From: the human T2T-CHM13v2.0 reference genome, Homo sapiens
Strand: one strand, 5' to 3'
NCBI RefSeq assembly: GCF_009914755.1
Contig: NC_060943.1
Length of the DNA: 64,000 nucleotides
Shown: positions 12,601 through 24,900 of the stretch, one piece after another
How positions within the stretch are numbered: position 1 is the first letter of the stretch
How the letters are laid out: every line of letters begins with the position of its first letter
Translations under genes and position numbers: made by a program
Notes under the pieces: generated by a model
The model's input: the letters and a program-made list of their open reading frames with translations, nothing else
What the model was told of the DNA's origin: nothing
The model's database searches: none

Positions 12601-14100
12601 TATTCAACTCACAGAGTTGAACGATCCTTTACACAGAGCAGACTTGAAACACTCTTTTTGTGGAATTTGCAAGTGGAGATTTCAGCCGCTTTGAGGTCAA
12701 TGGTAGAAAAGGAAATATCTTCGTATAAAAACTAGACAGAATGATTCTCAGAAACTCCTTTGTGATGTGTGCGTTCAACTCACAGAGTTTAACCTTTCTT
12801 TTCATAGAGCAGTTAGGAAACACTCTGTTTGTAAAGTCTGCAAGTGGATATTCAGACCTCCTTGAGGCCTTCGTTGGAAACGGGATTTCTTCATATTATG
12901 CTAGACAGAAGAATTCTCAGCAACTTCCTTGTGTTGTGTGTATTCAACTCACAGAGTTGAACGATCCTTTACACAGAGCATACTTGAAACACTCTTGTTG
13001 TGGAATTTGCAAGTGGAGATTTCAGCCGCTTTGAGGTCAATGGTAGAATAGGAAATATCTTCCTATAGAAACTAGACAGAATGATTCTCAGAAACTCCTT
13101 TGTGATGTGTGTGTTCAACTCACAGAGTTTAACCTTTCTTTTCATAGAGCAGTTAGGAAACACTCTGGTTGTAAAGTCTGCAAGTGGATATTCAGACCTC
13201 GTTGAGGCCTTCGTTGGAAATGGGATTTCTTTATATTATGCTAGACAGAAGAATTCTCAGTAACTTCCTTGTGTTGTGTGTATTCAACTCACAGAGTTGA
13301 ACGATCCTTTACACAGAGCATACTTGAAACACTCTTCTTGTGGAATTTGCAAGTGGAGGTTTCAGCCGCTTTGAGGTCAATGGTAGAATAGGAAATATCT
13401 TCCTATAGAAACTAGACAGAATGATTCTCAGAAACTCCTTTGTGATGTGTGCGTTCAACTCACAGAGTTTAACCTTTCTTTTCATAGAGCAGTTAGGAAA
13501 CACTCTGTTTGTAAAGTCTGCAAGTGGATATTCAGACCTCTTTGAGGCCTTTGTTGGAAACGGGATTTCTTCATATTCTGCTAGACAGAAGAATTCTCAG
13601 AAACTTCCTGGTGTTGTGTGTTTTCAACTCACAGAGTTCAACGATCCTTTACACAGAGTAGACTTCAAACACTCTTTTTGTTGAATTGGCAAGTGGAGAT
13701 TTCAGCCGCTTTGAGGTCAATGGTAGAAAAGGAAATATCTTCGTATAAAAACTAGACAGAGTGATTCTCAGAAACTCCTTTGTGATGTCTGCGTTCAACT
13801 CACAGAGTTTAACCTTTCTTTTCATAGAGCAGTTAGGAAACACTCTGTTTGTAAAGTCTGCAAGTGGATATTCAGACCTCCTTGAGGCCTTCGTTGGAAA
13901 CCGGATTTCTTCATATTTTGCTATACAGAAGAATTCTCAGAAACTTCCTTGTGTTGTGTGTATTCAACTCACAGAGTTGAACGATAGTTTACACAGAGCA
14001 GACTTGAAACAGTCTTTTTGTGGAATTTGCAAGTGGAGATTTCAGCCGTTTTGAGGTCAATGGTAGAATAGGAAATATCTTCCTATGGAAACTAGACAGA
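5601..14100 (+). repeat. 14-mer (2,380-bp) variant HOR K-L-M-N-C-X-Y, three full copies plus one truncated copy
   Basis: Full copies lie at 5601-7980, 9341-11720 and 11721-14100. A K-L-M-only copy lies at 7981-9000. The pattern is mirrored by the recurring MIVRN... ORFs at 5601, 7981, 9341 and 11721. Confidence 0.85.
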
Positions 14101-17100
14101 ATGATTCTCAGAAACTCCTTTTTGCTGTGTGCGTTCAGCTCACAGATTTTAACCTTTCTTTTCATAGAGCAGTTAGGAAACACGCTGTTTGTAAAGTCTG
14201 CAAGTGGATATTCAGACATCTTTGAGGCTTTCGTTGGAAACGGGATTTCTTCATATTCTGTTATACAGAAGAATTCTCAGAAACTTCCTGGTGTTGTGTG
14301 TTTTCAACTCACAGAGTTCAACGATCCTTTACACAGAGTAGACTTGAAACACTCTTTTTGTGGAATTGGCAAGTGGAGATTTCAGCCGCTTTGAGGTCAA
14401 TGGTAGAAAAGGAAATATCTTCGTATAAAAACTAGACAGAGTGATTCTCAGAAACTCCTTTGTGATGTCTGCGTTCAACTCACAGAGTTTAACCTTTCTT
14501 TTCATAGAGCAGTTAGGAAACACTCTGTTTGTAAAGTCTGCAAGTGGATATTCAGACCTCCTTAAGGCCTTCGTTGGAAACGGGATTTCTTCATATTCTG
14601 CTATAGAGAAGAATTCTCAGAAACTTCCTTGTGTTGTGTGTATTCAACTCACAGTGTTGAACGATCCTTTACACAGAGCATACTTGAAACACTCTTGTTG
14701 TGGAATTTGCAAGTGGAGATTTCAGCCGCTTTGAGGTCAATGGTAGAATAGGAAATATCTTCCTATAGAAACTAGACAGAATGATTCTCAGAAACTCCTT
14801 TGTGATGTGTGCGTTCAACTCACAGAGTTTAACCTTTCTTTTCATAGAGCAGTTAGGAAACACTCTGTTTGTAAAGTCTGCAAGTGGATATTCAGACATC
14901 TTTGAGGTTTTCGTAGGAAACGGGATTTCTTCATATTCTGCTAGACAGAAGAATTCTCAGAAACTTCCTTGTGTTGTGTTTATTCAACTCACAGAGTCGA
15001 ACGATCCTTTACTCAGAGCAGACTTGAAACACTCCATTTGTGGAATTTGCAAGTGGAGATTTCAGCCGCTTTGAGGTCAATGGTAGAATAGGAAATATCT
15101 TCCTATGGAAACTAGACAGAATGATTCTCAGAAACTCCTTTGTGCTGTGTGCGTTCAGCTCACAGAGTTTAACCTTTCTTTTCATAGAGCAGTTAGGAAA
15201 CACTCTGTTTGTAAAGTCTGCAAGTGGATATTCAGACATCTTTGAGGCTTTCGTTGGAAACGGGATTTCTTCATATTCTGCTAGACAGAAGAATTCTCAG
15301 AAACTTCCTTGTGTTGTGTGTTTTCAACTCACAGAGTTCAACGATCCATTACACAGAGTAGACTTGAAACACTCTTTTTGTGGAATTGGCAAGTGGAGAT
15401 TTCAGCCGCTTTGAGGTCAATGGTAGAAAAGGAAATATCTTCGTATAAAAACTAGACAGAATGATTCTCAGAAACTCCTTTGTGATGTGTGCGTTCAACT
15501 CACAGAGTTGAACCTTTCTTTTCATAGAGCAGTTAGGAAACACTCTGTTGGTAAAGTCTGCAAGTGGATATTCAGACCTCTTTGAGGCCTTCTTTGGAAA
15601 CGGGATTTCTTCATATTCTGCTAGACAGAAGAATTCTCAGAAACTTCCTGGTGTTGCGTGTTTTCAACTCACAGAGTTCAACGATCCGTTACACAGAGTA
15701 GACTTGAAAAACTCTTTTTGTTGAATTGGCCAGTGGAGATTTCAGCCGCTTTGAGGTCAATGGTAGAAAAGGAAATATCTTCGTATAAAAACTAGACAGA
15801 ATGATTCTCAGAAACTCCTTTGTGATGTGTGCGTTCAACTCACAGAGTTTAACCTTTCTTTTCATAGAGCAGTTAGGAAACACTCTGGTTGTAAAGTCTG
15901 CAAGTGGATATTCAGACCTCGTTGAGGCCTTCGTTGGAAACGGGATTTCTTCATATTATGCTAGACAGAAGAATTCTCAGTAACTTCCTTGTGTTGTGTG
16001 TATTCAACTCACAGAGTTGAACGATCCTTTACACAGAGCATACTTGAAACACTCTTCTTGTGGAATTTGCAAGTGGAGGTTTCAGCCGCTTTGAGGTCAA
16101 TGGTAGAATAGGAAATATCTTCCTATAGAAACTAGACAGAATGATTCTCAGAAACTCCTTTGTGATGTGTGCGTTCAACTCACAGAGTTTAACCTTTCTT
16201 TTCATAGAGCAGTTAGGAAACACTCTGTTTGTAAAGTCTGCAAGTGGATATTCAGACCTCTTTGAGGCCTTTGTTGGAAACGGGATTTCTTCATATTCTG
16301 CTAGACAGAAGAATTCTCAGAAACTTCCTGGTGTTGTGTGTTTTCAACTCACAGAGTTCAACGATCCTTTACACAGAGTAGACTTGAAACACTTTTTTTG
16401 TTGAATTGGCAAGTGGAGATTTCAGCCGCTTTGAGGTCAATGGTAGAAAAGGAAATATCTTCGTATAAAAACTAGACAGAGTGATTCTCAGAAACTCCTT
16501 TGTGATGTCTGCGTTCAACTCACAGAGTTTAAACTTTCTTTTCATAGAGCAGTTAGGAAACACTCTGTTTGTAAAGTCTGCAAGTGGATATTCAGACCTC
16601 CTTGAGGCCTTCGTTGGAAACCGGATTTCTTCATATTTTGCTATACAGAAGAATTCTCAGAAACTTCCTTGTGTTGTGTGTATTCAACTCACAGAGTTGA
16701 ACGATAGTTTACACAGAGCAGACTTGAAACACTCTTTTTGTGGAATTTGCAAGTGGAGATTTCAGCCGCTTTGAGGTCAATGGTAGAATAGGAAATATCT
16801 TCCTATGGAAACTAGACAGAATGATTCTCAGAAACTCCTTTTTGCTGTGTGCGTTCAGCTCACAGAGTTTAACCTTTCTTTTCATAGAGCAGTTAGGAAA
16901 CACGCTGTTTGTAAAGTCTGCAAGTGGATATTCAGACATCTTTGAGGCTTTCGTTGGAAACGGGATTTCTTCATATTCTGCTATACAGAAGAATTCTCAG
17001 AAACTTCCTGGTGTTGTGTGTTTTCAACTCACAGAGTTCAACGATCCTTTACACAGAGTAGACTTGAAACACTCTTTTTGTGGAATTGGCAAGTGGAGAT

Positions 17101-17288
17101 TTCAGCCGCTTTGAGGTCAATGGTAGAAAAGGAAATATCTTCGTATAAAAACTAGACAGAGTGATTCTCAGAAACTCCTTTGTGATGTCTGCGTTCAACT
17201 CACAGAGTTTAACCTTTCTTTTCATAGAGCAGTTAGGAAACACTCTGTTTGTAAAGTCTGCAAGTGCATATTCAGACCTCCTTGAGGC

Positions 17289-17305
17289 CTTCGTTGGAAA
17301 CGGGA
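17289..17305 (+). promoter_or_regulatory. CENP-B box (representative intact copy; the site recurs every 340 bp)
   Basis: CTTCGTTGGAAACGGGA matches the 17-bp CENP-B box with its nTTCGnnnnAnnCGGGn core. In the canonical 10-mer, dimers A, C, E and D (TTTCGTAGGAAACGGGA) keep the core. Confidence 0.97.
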
Positions 17306-17456
17306 TTTCTTCATATTCTGCTATACAGAAGAATTCTCAGAAACTTCCTTGTGTTTTGTGTATTCAACTCACAGAGTTGAACGATCCTTTACACAGAGCA
17401 GACTTGAAACACTCTTTTTGTGGAATTTGCAAGTGGAGATTTCAGCCGCTTTGAGG

Positions 17457-17474
17457 TCAATGGTAGAAAAGGAA
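17457..17474 (+). promoter_or_regulatory. A-box / pJalpha-type motif region of the non-CENP-B monomer (representative copy)
   Basis: TCAATGGTAGAAAAGGAA sits in the alternate monomer at the position homologous to the CENP-B box and resembles the pJalpha motif (CTAyGGTGrAAAAGGAA). The match is imperfect and binding is not shown. Confidence 0.6.
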
Positions 17475-17628
17475 ATATCTTCGTATAAAAACTAGACAGA
17501 ATGATTCTCAGAAACTCCTTTGTGATGTGTGCGTTCAACTCACAGAGTTTAACCTTTCTTTTCATAGAGCAGTTAGGAAACACTCTGTTGGTAAAGTCTG
17601 CAAGTGGATATTCAGACCTCTTTGAGGC

Positions 17629-17645
17629 CTTCTTTGGAAACGGGA
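17629..17645 (+). promoter_or_regulatory. Degenerate CENP-B box fixed in dimer B of every 10-mer HOR (representative copy)
   Basis: CTTCTTTGGAAACGGGA has the core TTCG changed to TTCT. It is seen in every B dimer (the 87-aa 'EAFFG' ORFs). Confidence 0.9.
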
Positions 17646-20560
17646 TTTCTTCATATTCTGCTAGACAGAAGAATTCTCAGAAACTTCCTGGTGTTGCGTG
17701 TTTTCAACTCACAGAGTTCAACGATCCTTTACACAGAGTAGACTTGAAAAACTCTTTTTGTTGAATTGGCTAGTGGAGATTTCAGCCGCTTTGAGGTCAA
17801 TGGTAGAAAAGGAAATATCTTCGTATAAAAACTAGACAGAATGATTCTCAGAAACTCCTTTGTGATGTGTGCGTTCAACTCGCAGAGTTTAACCTTTCTT
17901 TTCATAGAGCAGTTAGGAAACACTCTGGTTGTAAAGTCTGCAAGTGGATATTCAGACCTCGTTGAGGCCTTCGTTGGAAACGGGATTTCTTCATATTATG
18001 CTAGACAGAAGAATTCTCAGTAACTTCCTTGTGTTGTGTGTATTCAACTCACAGTGTTGAACGATCCTTTACACAGAGCATACTTGAAACACTCTTGTTG
18101 TGGAATTTGCAAGTGGAGATTTCAGCCGCTTTGAGGTCAATGGTAGAATAGGAAATATCTTCCTATAGAAACTAGACAGAATGATTCTCAGAAACTCCTT
18201 TGTGATGTGTGCGTTCAACTCACAGAGTTTAACCTTTCTTTTCATAGAGCAGTTAGGAAACACTCTGGTTGTAAAGTCTGCAAGTGGATATTCAGACATC
18301 TTTGAGGTTTTCGTAGGAAACGGGATTTCTTCATATTCTGCTAGACAGAAGAATTCTCAGAAACTTCCTTGTGTTGTGTTTATTCAACTCACAGAGTCGA
18401 ACGATCCTTTACTCAGAGCAGACTTGAAACACTCCATTTGTGGAATTTGCAAGTGGAGATTTCAGCCGCTTTGAGGTCAATGGTAGAATAGGAAATATCT
18501 TCCTATGGAAACTAGACAGAATGATTCTCAGAAACTCCTTTGTGCTGTGTGCGTTCAGCTCACAGAGTTTAACCTTTCTTTTCATAGAGCAGTTAGGAAA
18601 CACTCTGTTTGTAAAGTCTGCAAGTGGATATTCAGACATCTTTGAGGCTTTCGTTGGAAACGGGATTTCTTCATATTCTGCTAGACAGAAGAATTCTCAG
18701 AAACTTCCTTGTGTTGTGTGTTTTCAACTCACAGAGTTCAACGATCCATTACACAGAGTAGACTTGAAACACTCTTTTTGTGGAATTGGCAAGTGGAGAT
18801 TTCAGCCGCTTTGAGGTCAATGGTAGAAAAGGAAATATCTTCGTATAAAAACTAGACAGAGTGATTCTCAGAAACTCCTTTGTGATGTCTGCGTTCAACT
18901 CACAGAGTTTAACCTTTCTTTTCATAGAGCAGTTAGGAAACACTCTGTTTGTAAAGTCTGCAAGTGCATATTCAGACCTCCTTGAGGCCTTCGTTGGAAA
19001 CGGGATTTCTTCATATTCTGCTATACAGAAGAATTCTCAGAAACTTCCTTGTGTTGTGTGTATTCAACTCACAGAGTTGAACGATCCTTTACACAGAGCA
19101 GACTTGAAACACTCTTTTTGTGGAATTTGCAAGTGGAGATTTCAGCCGCTTTGAGGTCAATGGTAGAAAAGGAAATATCTTCGTATAAAAACTAGACAGA
19201 ATGATTCTCAGAAACTCCTTTGTGATGTGTGCGTTCAACTCACAGAGTTTAACCTTTCTTTTCATAGAGCAGTTAGGAAACACTCTGTTGGTAAAGTCTG
19301 CAAGTGGATATTCAGACCTCTTTGAGGCCTTCTTTGGAAACGGGATTTCTTCATATTCTGCTAGACAGAAGAATTCTCAGAAACTTCCTGGTGTTGCGTG
19401 TTTTCAACTCACAGTGTTCAACGATCCTTTACACAGAGTAGACTTGAAAAACTCTTTTTGTTGAATTGGCCAGTGGAGATTTCAGCCGCTTTGAGGTCAA
19501 TGGTAGAAAAGGAAATATCTTCGTATAAAAACTAGACAGAATGATTCTCAGAAACTCCTTTGTGATGTGTGCGTTCAACTCGCAGAGTTTAACCTTTCTT
19601 TTCGTAGAGCAGTTAGGAAACACTCTGGTTGTAAAGTCTGCAAGTGGATATTCAGACCTCGTTGAGGCCTTCGTTGGAAACGGGATTTCTTCATATTATG
19701 CTAGACAGAAGAATTCTCAGTAACTTCCTTGTGTTGTGTGTATTCAACTCACAGTGTTGAACGATCCTTTACACAGAGCATACTTGAAACACTCTTGTTG
19801 TGGAATTTGCAAGTGGAGATTTCAGCCGCTTTGAGGTCAATGGTAGAATAGGAAATATCTTCCTATAGAAACTAGACAGAATGATTCTCAGAAACTCCTT
19901 TGTGATGTGTGCGTTCAACTCACAGAGTTTAACCTTTCTTTTCATAGAGCAGTTAGGAAACACTCTGTTTGTAAAGTCTGCAAGTGGATATTCAGACATC
20001 TTTGAGGTTTTCGTAGGAAACGGGATTTCTTCATATTCTGCTAGACAGAAGAATTCTCAGAAACTTCCTTGTGTTGTGTTTATTCAACTCACAGAGTCGA
20101 ACGATCCTTTACTCAGAGCAGACTTGAAACACTCCATTTGTGGAATTTGCAAGTGGAGATTTCAGCCGCTTTGAGGTCAATGGTAGAATAGGAAATATCT
20201 TCCTATGGAAACTAGACAGAATGATTCTCAGAAACTCCTTTGTGCTGTGTGCGTTCAGCTCACAGAGTTTAACCTTTCTTTTCATAGAGCAGTTAGGAAA
20301 CACTCTGTTTGTAATGTCTGCAAGTGGATATTCAGACATCTTTGAGGCTTTCGTTGGAAACGGGATTTCTTCATATTCTGCTAGACAGAAGAATTCTCAG
20401 AAACTTCCTTGTGTTGTGTGTTTTCAACTCACAGAGTTCAACGATCCATTACACAGAGTAGACTTGAAACACTCTTTTTGTGGAATTGGCAAGTGGAGAT
20501 TTCAGCCGCTTTGAGGTCAATGGTAGAAAAGGAAATATCTTCGTATAAAAACTAGACAGA

Positions 20561-21920
20561 GTGATTCTCAGAAACTCCTTTGTGATGTCTGCGTTCAACT
20601 CACAGAGTTTAACCTTTCTTTTCATAGAGCAGTTAGGAAACACTCTGTTTGTAAAGTCTGCAAGTGCATATTCAGACCTCCTTGAGGCCTTCGTTGGAAA
20701 CGGGATTTCTTCATATTCTGCTATACAGAAGAATTCTCAGAAACTTCCTTGTGTTTTGTGTATTCAACTCACAGAGTTGAACGATCCTTTACACAGAGCA
20801 GACTTGAAACACTCTTTTTGTGGAATTTGCAAGTGGAGATTTCAGCCGCTTTGAGGTCAAAGGTAGAAAAGGAAATATCTTCGTATAAAAACTAGACAGA
20901 ATGATTCTCAGAAACTCCTTTGTGATGTGTGCGTTCAACTCACAGAGTTTAACCTTTCTTTTCATAGAGCAGTTAGGAAACACTCTGTTGGTAAAGTCTG
21001 CAAGTGGATATTCAGACCTCTTTGAGGCCTTCTTTGGAAACGGAATTTCTTCATATTCTGCTAGACAGAAGAATTCTCAGAAACTTCCTGGTGTTGCCTG
21101 TTTTCAACTCACAGAGTTCAACGATCCTTTACACAGAGTAGACTTGAAAAACTCTTTTTGTTGAATTGGCCAGTGGAGATTTCAGCCGCTTTGAGGTCAA
21201 TGGTAGAAAAGGAAATATCTTCGTATAAAAACTAGACAGAATGATTCTCAGAAACTCCTTTGTGATGTGTGCGTTCAACTCGCAGAGTTTAACCTTTCTT
21301 TTCATAGAGCAGTTAGGAAACACTCTGGTTGTAAAGTCTGCAAGTGGATATTCAGACCTCGTTGAGGCCTTCGTTGGAAACGGGATTTCTTCATATTATG
21401 CTAGACAGAAGAATTCTCAGTAACTTCCTTGTGTTGTGTGTATTCAACTCACAGAGTTGAACGATCCTTTACACAGAGCATACTTGAAACACTCTTCTTG
21501 TGGAATTTGCAAGTGGAGATTTCAGCCGCTTTGAGGTCAATGGTAGAATAGGAAATATCTTCCTATAGAAACTAGACAGAATGATTCTCAGAAACTCCTT
21601 TGTGATGTGTGCGTTCAACTCACAGAGTTTAACCTTTCTTTTCATAGAGCAGTTAGGAAACACTCTGTTTGTAATGTCTGCAAGTGGATATTCAGACCTC
21701 TTTGAGGCCTTTGTTGGAAACGGGATTTCTTCATATTCTGCTAGACAGAAGAATTCTCAGAAACTTCCTGGTGTTGTGTGTTTTCAACTCACAGAGTTCA
21801 ACGATCCTTTACACAGAGTAGACTTGAAACACTCTTTTTGTTGAATTGGCAAGTGGAGATTTCAGCTGCTTTGACGTCAATGGTAGAAAAGGAAATATCT
21901 TCGTATAAAAACTAGACAGA
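20561..21920 (+). repeat. 8-mer (1,360-bp) HOR structural variant
   Basis: The A-to-A spacing is 1,360 bp. Dimers D and E are replaced by one X-type dimer at 21581. Confidence 0.92.
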
Positions 21921-24900
21921 GTGATTCTCAGAAACTCCTTTGTGATGTCTGCGTTCAACTCACAGAGTTTAACCTTTCTTTTCATAGAGCAGTTAGGAAA
22001 CACTCTGGTTGTAAAGTCTGCAAGTGCATATTCAGACCTCCTTGAGGCCTTCGTTGGAAACGGGATTTCTTCATATTCTGCTATACAGAAGAATTCTCAG
22101 AAACTTCCTTGTGTTTTGTGTATTCAACTCACAGAGTTGAACGATCCTTTACACAGAGCAGACTTGAAACACTCTTTTTGTGGAATTTGCAAGTGGAGAT
22201 TTCAGCCGCTTTGAGGTCAATGGTAGAAAAGGAAATATCTTCGTATAAAAACTAGACAGAATGATTCTCAGAAACTCCTTTGTGATGTGTGCGTTCAACT
22301 CACAGAGTTTAACCTTTCTTTTCATAGAGCAGTTAGGAAACACTCTGTTGGTAAAGTCTGCAAGTGGATATTCAGACCTCTTTGAGGCCTTCTTTGGAAA
22401 CGGGATTTCTTCATATTCTGCTAGACAGAAGAATTCTCAGAAACTTCCTGGTGTTGCGTGTTTTCAACTCACAGAGTTCAACGATCCTTTACACAGAGTA
22501 GACTTGAAAAACTCTTTTTGTTGAATTGGCCAGTGGAGATTTCAGCCGCTTTGAGGTCAATGGTAGAAAAGGAAATATCTTCGTATAAAAACTAGACAGA
22601 ATGATTCTCAGAAACTCCTTTGTGATGTGTGCGTTCAACTCGCAGAGTTTAACCTTTCTTTTCATAGAGCAGTTAGGAAACACTCTGGTTGTAAAGTCTG
22701 CAAGTGGATATTCAGACCTCGTTGAGGCCTTCGTTGGAAACGGGATTTCTTCATATTATGCTAGACAGAAGAATTCTCAGTAACTTCCTTGTGTTGTGTG
22801 TATTCAACTCACAGTGTTGAATGATCCTTTACACAGAGCATACTTGAAACACTCTTGTTGTGGAATTTGCAAGTGGAGATTTCAGCCGCTTTGAGGTCAA
22901 TGGTAGAATAGGAAATATCTTCCTATAGAAACTAGACAGAATGATTCTCAGAAACTCCTTTGTGATGTGTGCGTTCAACTCACAGAGTTTAACCTTTCTT
23001 TTCATAGAGCAGTTAGGAAACACTCTGTTTGTAAAGTCTGCAAGTGGATATTCAGACATCTTTGAGGTTTTCGTAGGAAACGGGATTTCTTCATATTCTG
23101 CTAGACAGAAGAATTCTCAGAAACTTCCTTGTGTTGTGTTTATTCAACTCACAGAGTCGAACGATCCTTTACTCAGAGCAGACTTGAAACACTCCATTTG
23201 TGGAATTTGCAAGTGGAGATTTCAGCCGCTTTGAGGTCAATGGTAGAATAGGAAATATCTTCCTATGGAAACTAGACAGAATGATTCTCAGAAACTCCTT
23301 TGTGCTGTGTGCGTTCAGCTCACAGAGTTTAACCTTTCTTTTCATAGAGCAGTTAGGAAACACTCTGTTTGTAAAGTCTGCAAGTGGATATTCAGACATC
23401 TTTGAGGCTTTCGTTGGAAACGGGATTTCTTCATATTCTGCTAGACAGAAGAATTCTCAGAAACTTCCTTGTGTTGTGTGTTTTCAACTCACAGAGTTCA
23501 ACGATCCATTACACAGAGTATACTTGAAACACTCTTTTTGTGGAATTGGCAAGTGGAGATTTCAGCCGCTTTGAGGTCAATGGTAGAAAAGGAAATATCT
23601 TCGTATAAAAACTAGACAGAGTGATTCTCAGAAACTCCTTTGTGATGTCTGCGTTCAACTCACAGAGTTTAACCTTTCTTTTCATAGAGCAGTTAGGAAA
23701 CACTCTGTTTGTAAAGTCTGCAGGTGCATATTCAGACCTCCTTGAGGCCTTAGTTGGAAACGGGATTTCTTCATATTCTGCTATACAGAAGAATTCTCAG
23801 AAACTTCCTTGTGTTTTGTGTATTCAACTCACAGAGTTGAACGATCCTTTACACAGAGCAGACTTGAAACACTCTTTTTGTGGAATTTGCAAGTGGAGAT
23901 TTCAGCCGCTTTGAGGTCAATGGTAGAAAAGGAAATATCTTCGTATAAAAACTAGACAGAATGATTCTCAGAAACTCCTTTGTGATGTGTGCGTTCAACT
24001 CACAGAGTTTAACCTTTCTTTTCATAGAGCAGTTAGGAAACACTCTGTTGGTAAAGTCTGCAAGTGGATATTCAGACCTCTTTGAGGCCTTCTTTGGAAA
24101 CGGGATTTCTTCATATTCTGCTAGACAGAAGAATTCTCAGAAACTTCCTGGTGTTGCGTGTTTTCAACTCACAGAGTTCAACGATCCTTTACACAGAGTA
24201 GACTTGAAAAACTCTTTTTGTTGAATTGGCCAGTGGAGATTTCAGCCGCTTTGAGGTCAATGGTAGAAAAGGAAATATCTTCGTATAAAAACTAGACAGA
24301 ATGATTCTCAGAAACTCCTTTGTGATGTGTGCGTTCAACTCGCAGAGTTTAACCTTTCTTTTCATAGAGCAGTTAGGAAACACTCTGGTTGTAAAGTCTG
24401 CAAGTGGATATTCAGACCTCGTTGAGGCCTTCGTTGGAAACGGGATTTCTTCATATTATGCTAGACAGAAGAATTCTCAGTAACTTCCTTGTGTTGTGTG
24501 TATTCAACTCACAGTGTTGAACGATCCTTTACACAGAGCATACTTGAAACACTCTTGTTGTGGAATTTGCAAGTGGAGATTTCAGCCGCTTTGAGGTCAA
24601 TGGTAGAATAGGAAATATCTTCCTATAGAAACTAGACAGAATGATTCTCAGAAACTCCTTTGTGATGTGTGCGTTCAACTCACAGAGTTTAACCTTTCTT
24701 TTCATAGAGCAGTTAGGAAACACTCTGTTTGTAAAGTCTGCAAGTGGATATTCAGACATCTTTGAGGTTTTCGTAGGAAACGGGATTTCTTCATATTCTG
24801 CTAGACAGAAGAATTCTCAGAAACTTCCTTGTGTTGTGTTTATTCAACTCACAGAGTCGAACGATCCTTTACTCAGAGTAGACTTGAAACACTCCATTTG

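Larger units (their letters stand above)
1..17160 (+). repeat. Heterogeneous alpha-satellite layer of variant HORs (12-mer, 10-mer and 14-mer units, mosaic transition zone)
   Basis: Dimer types K (atgattgtca...cactgggttggtaaagtctaaaag), L (aaatttccttttg), M, N, X (ctttgttgg), Y (aaaccgga) and Z (4-bp deletion) recur at spacings of 2036, 1696, 1356/1360, 2380, 3740 and 2720 bp rather than 1700. Confidence 0.9.

Noticed and set aside
18309-18325. TTTCGTAGGAAACGGGA in dimer D as a dead CENP-B box
   Set aside because: The T>A change is at a non-core position. The nTTCGnnnnAnnCGGGn core is intact.
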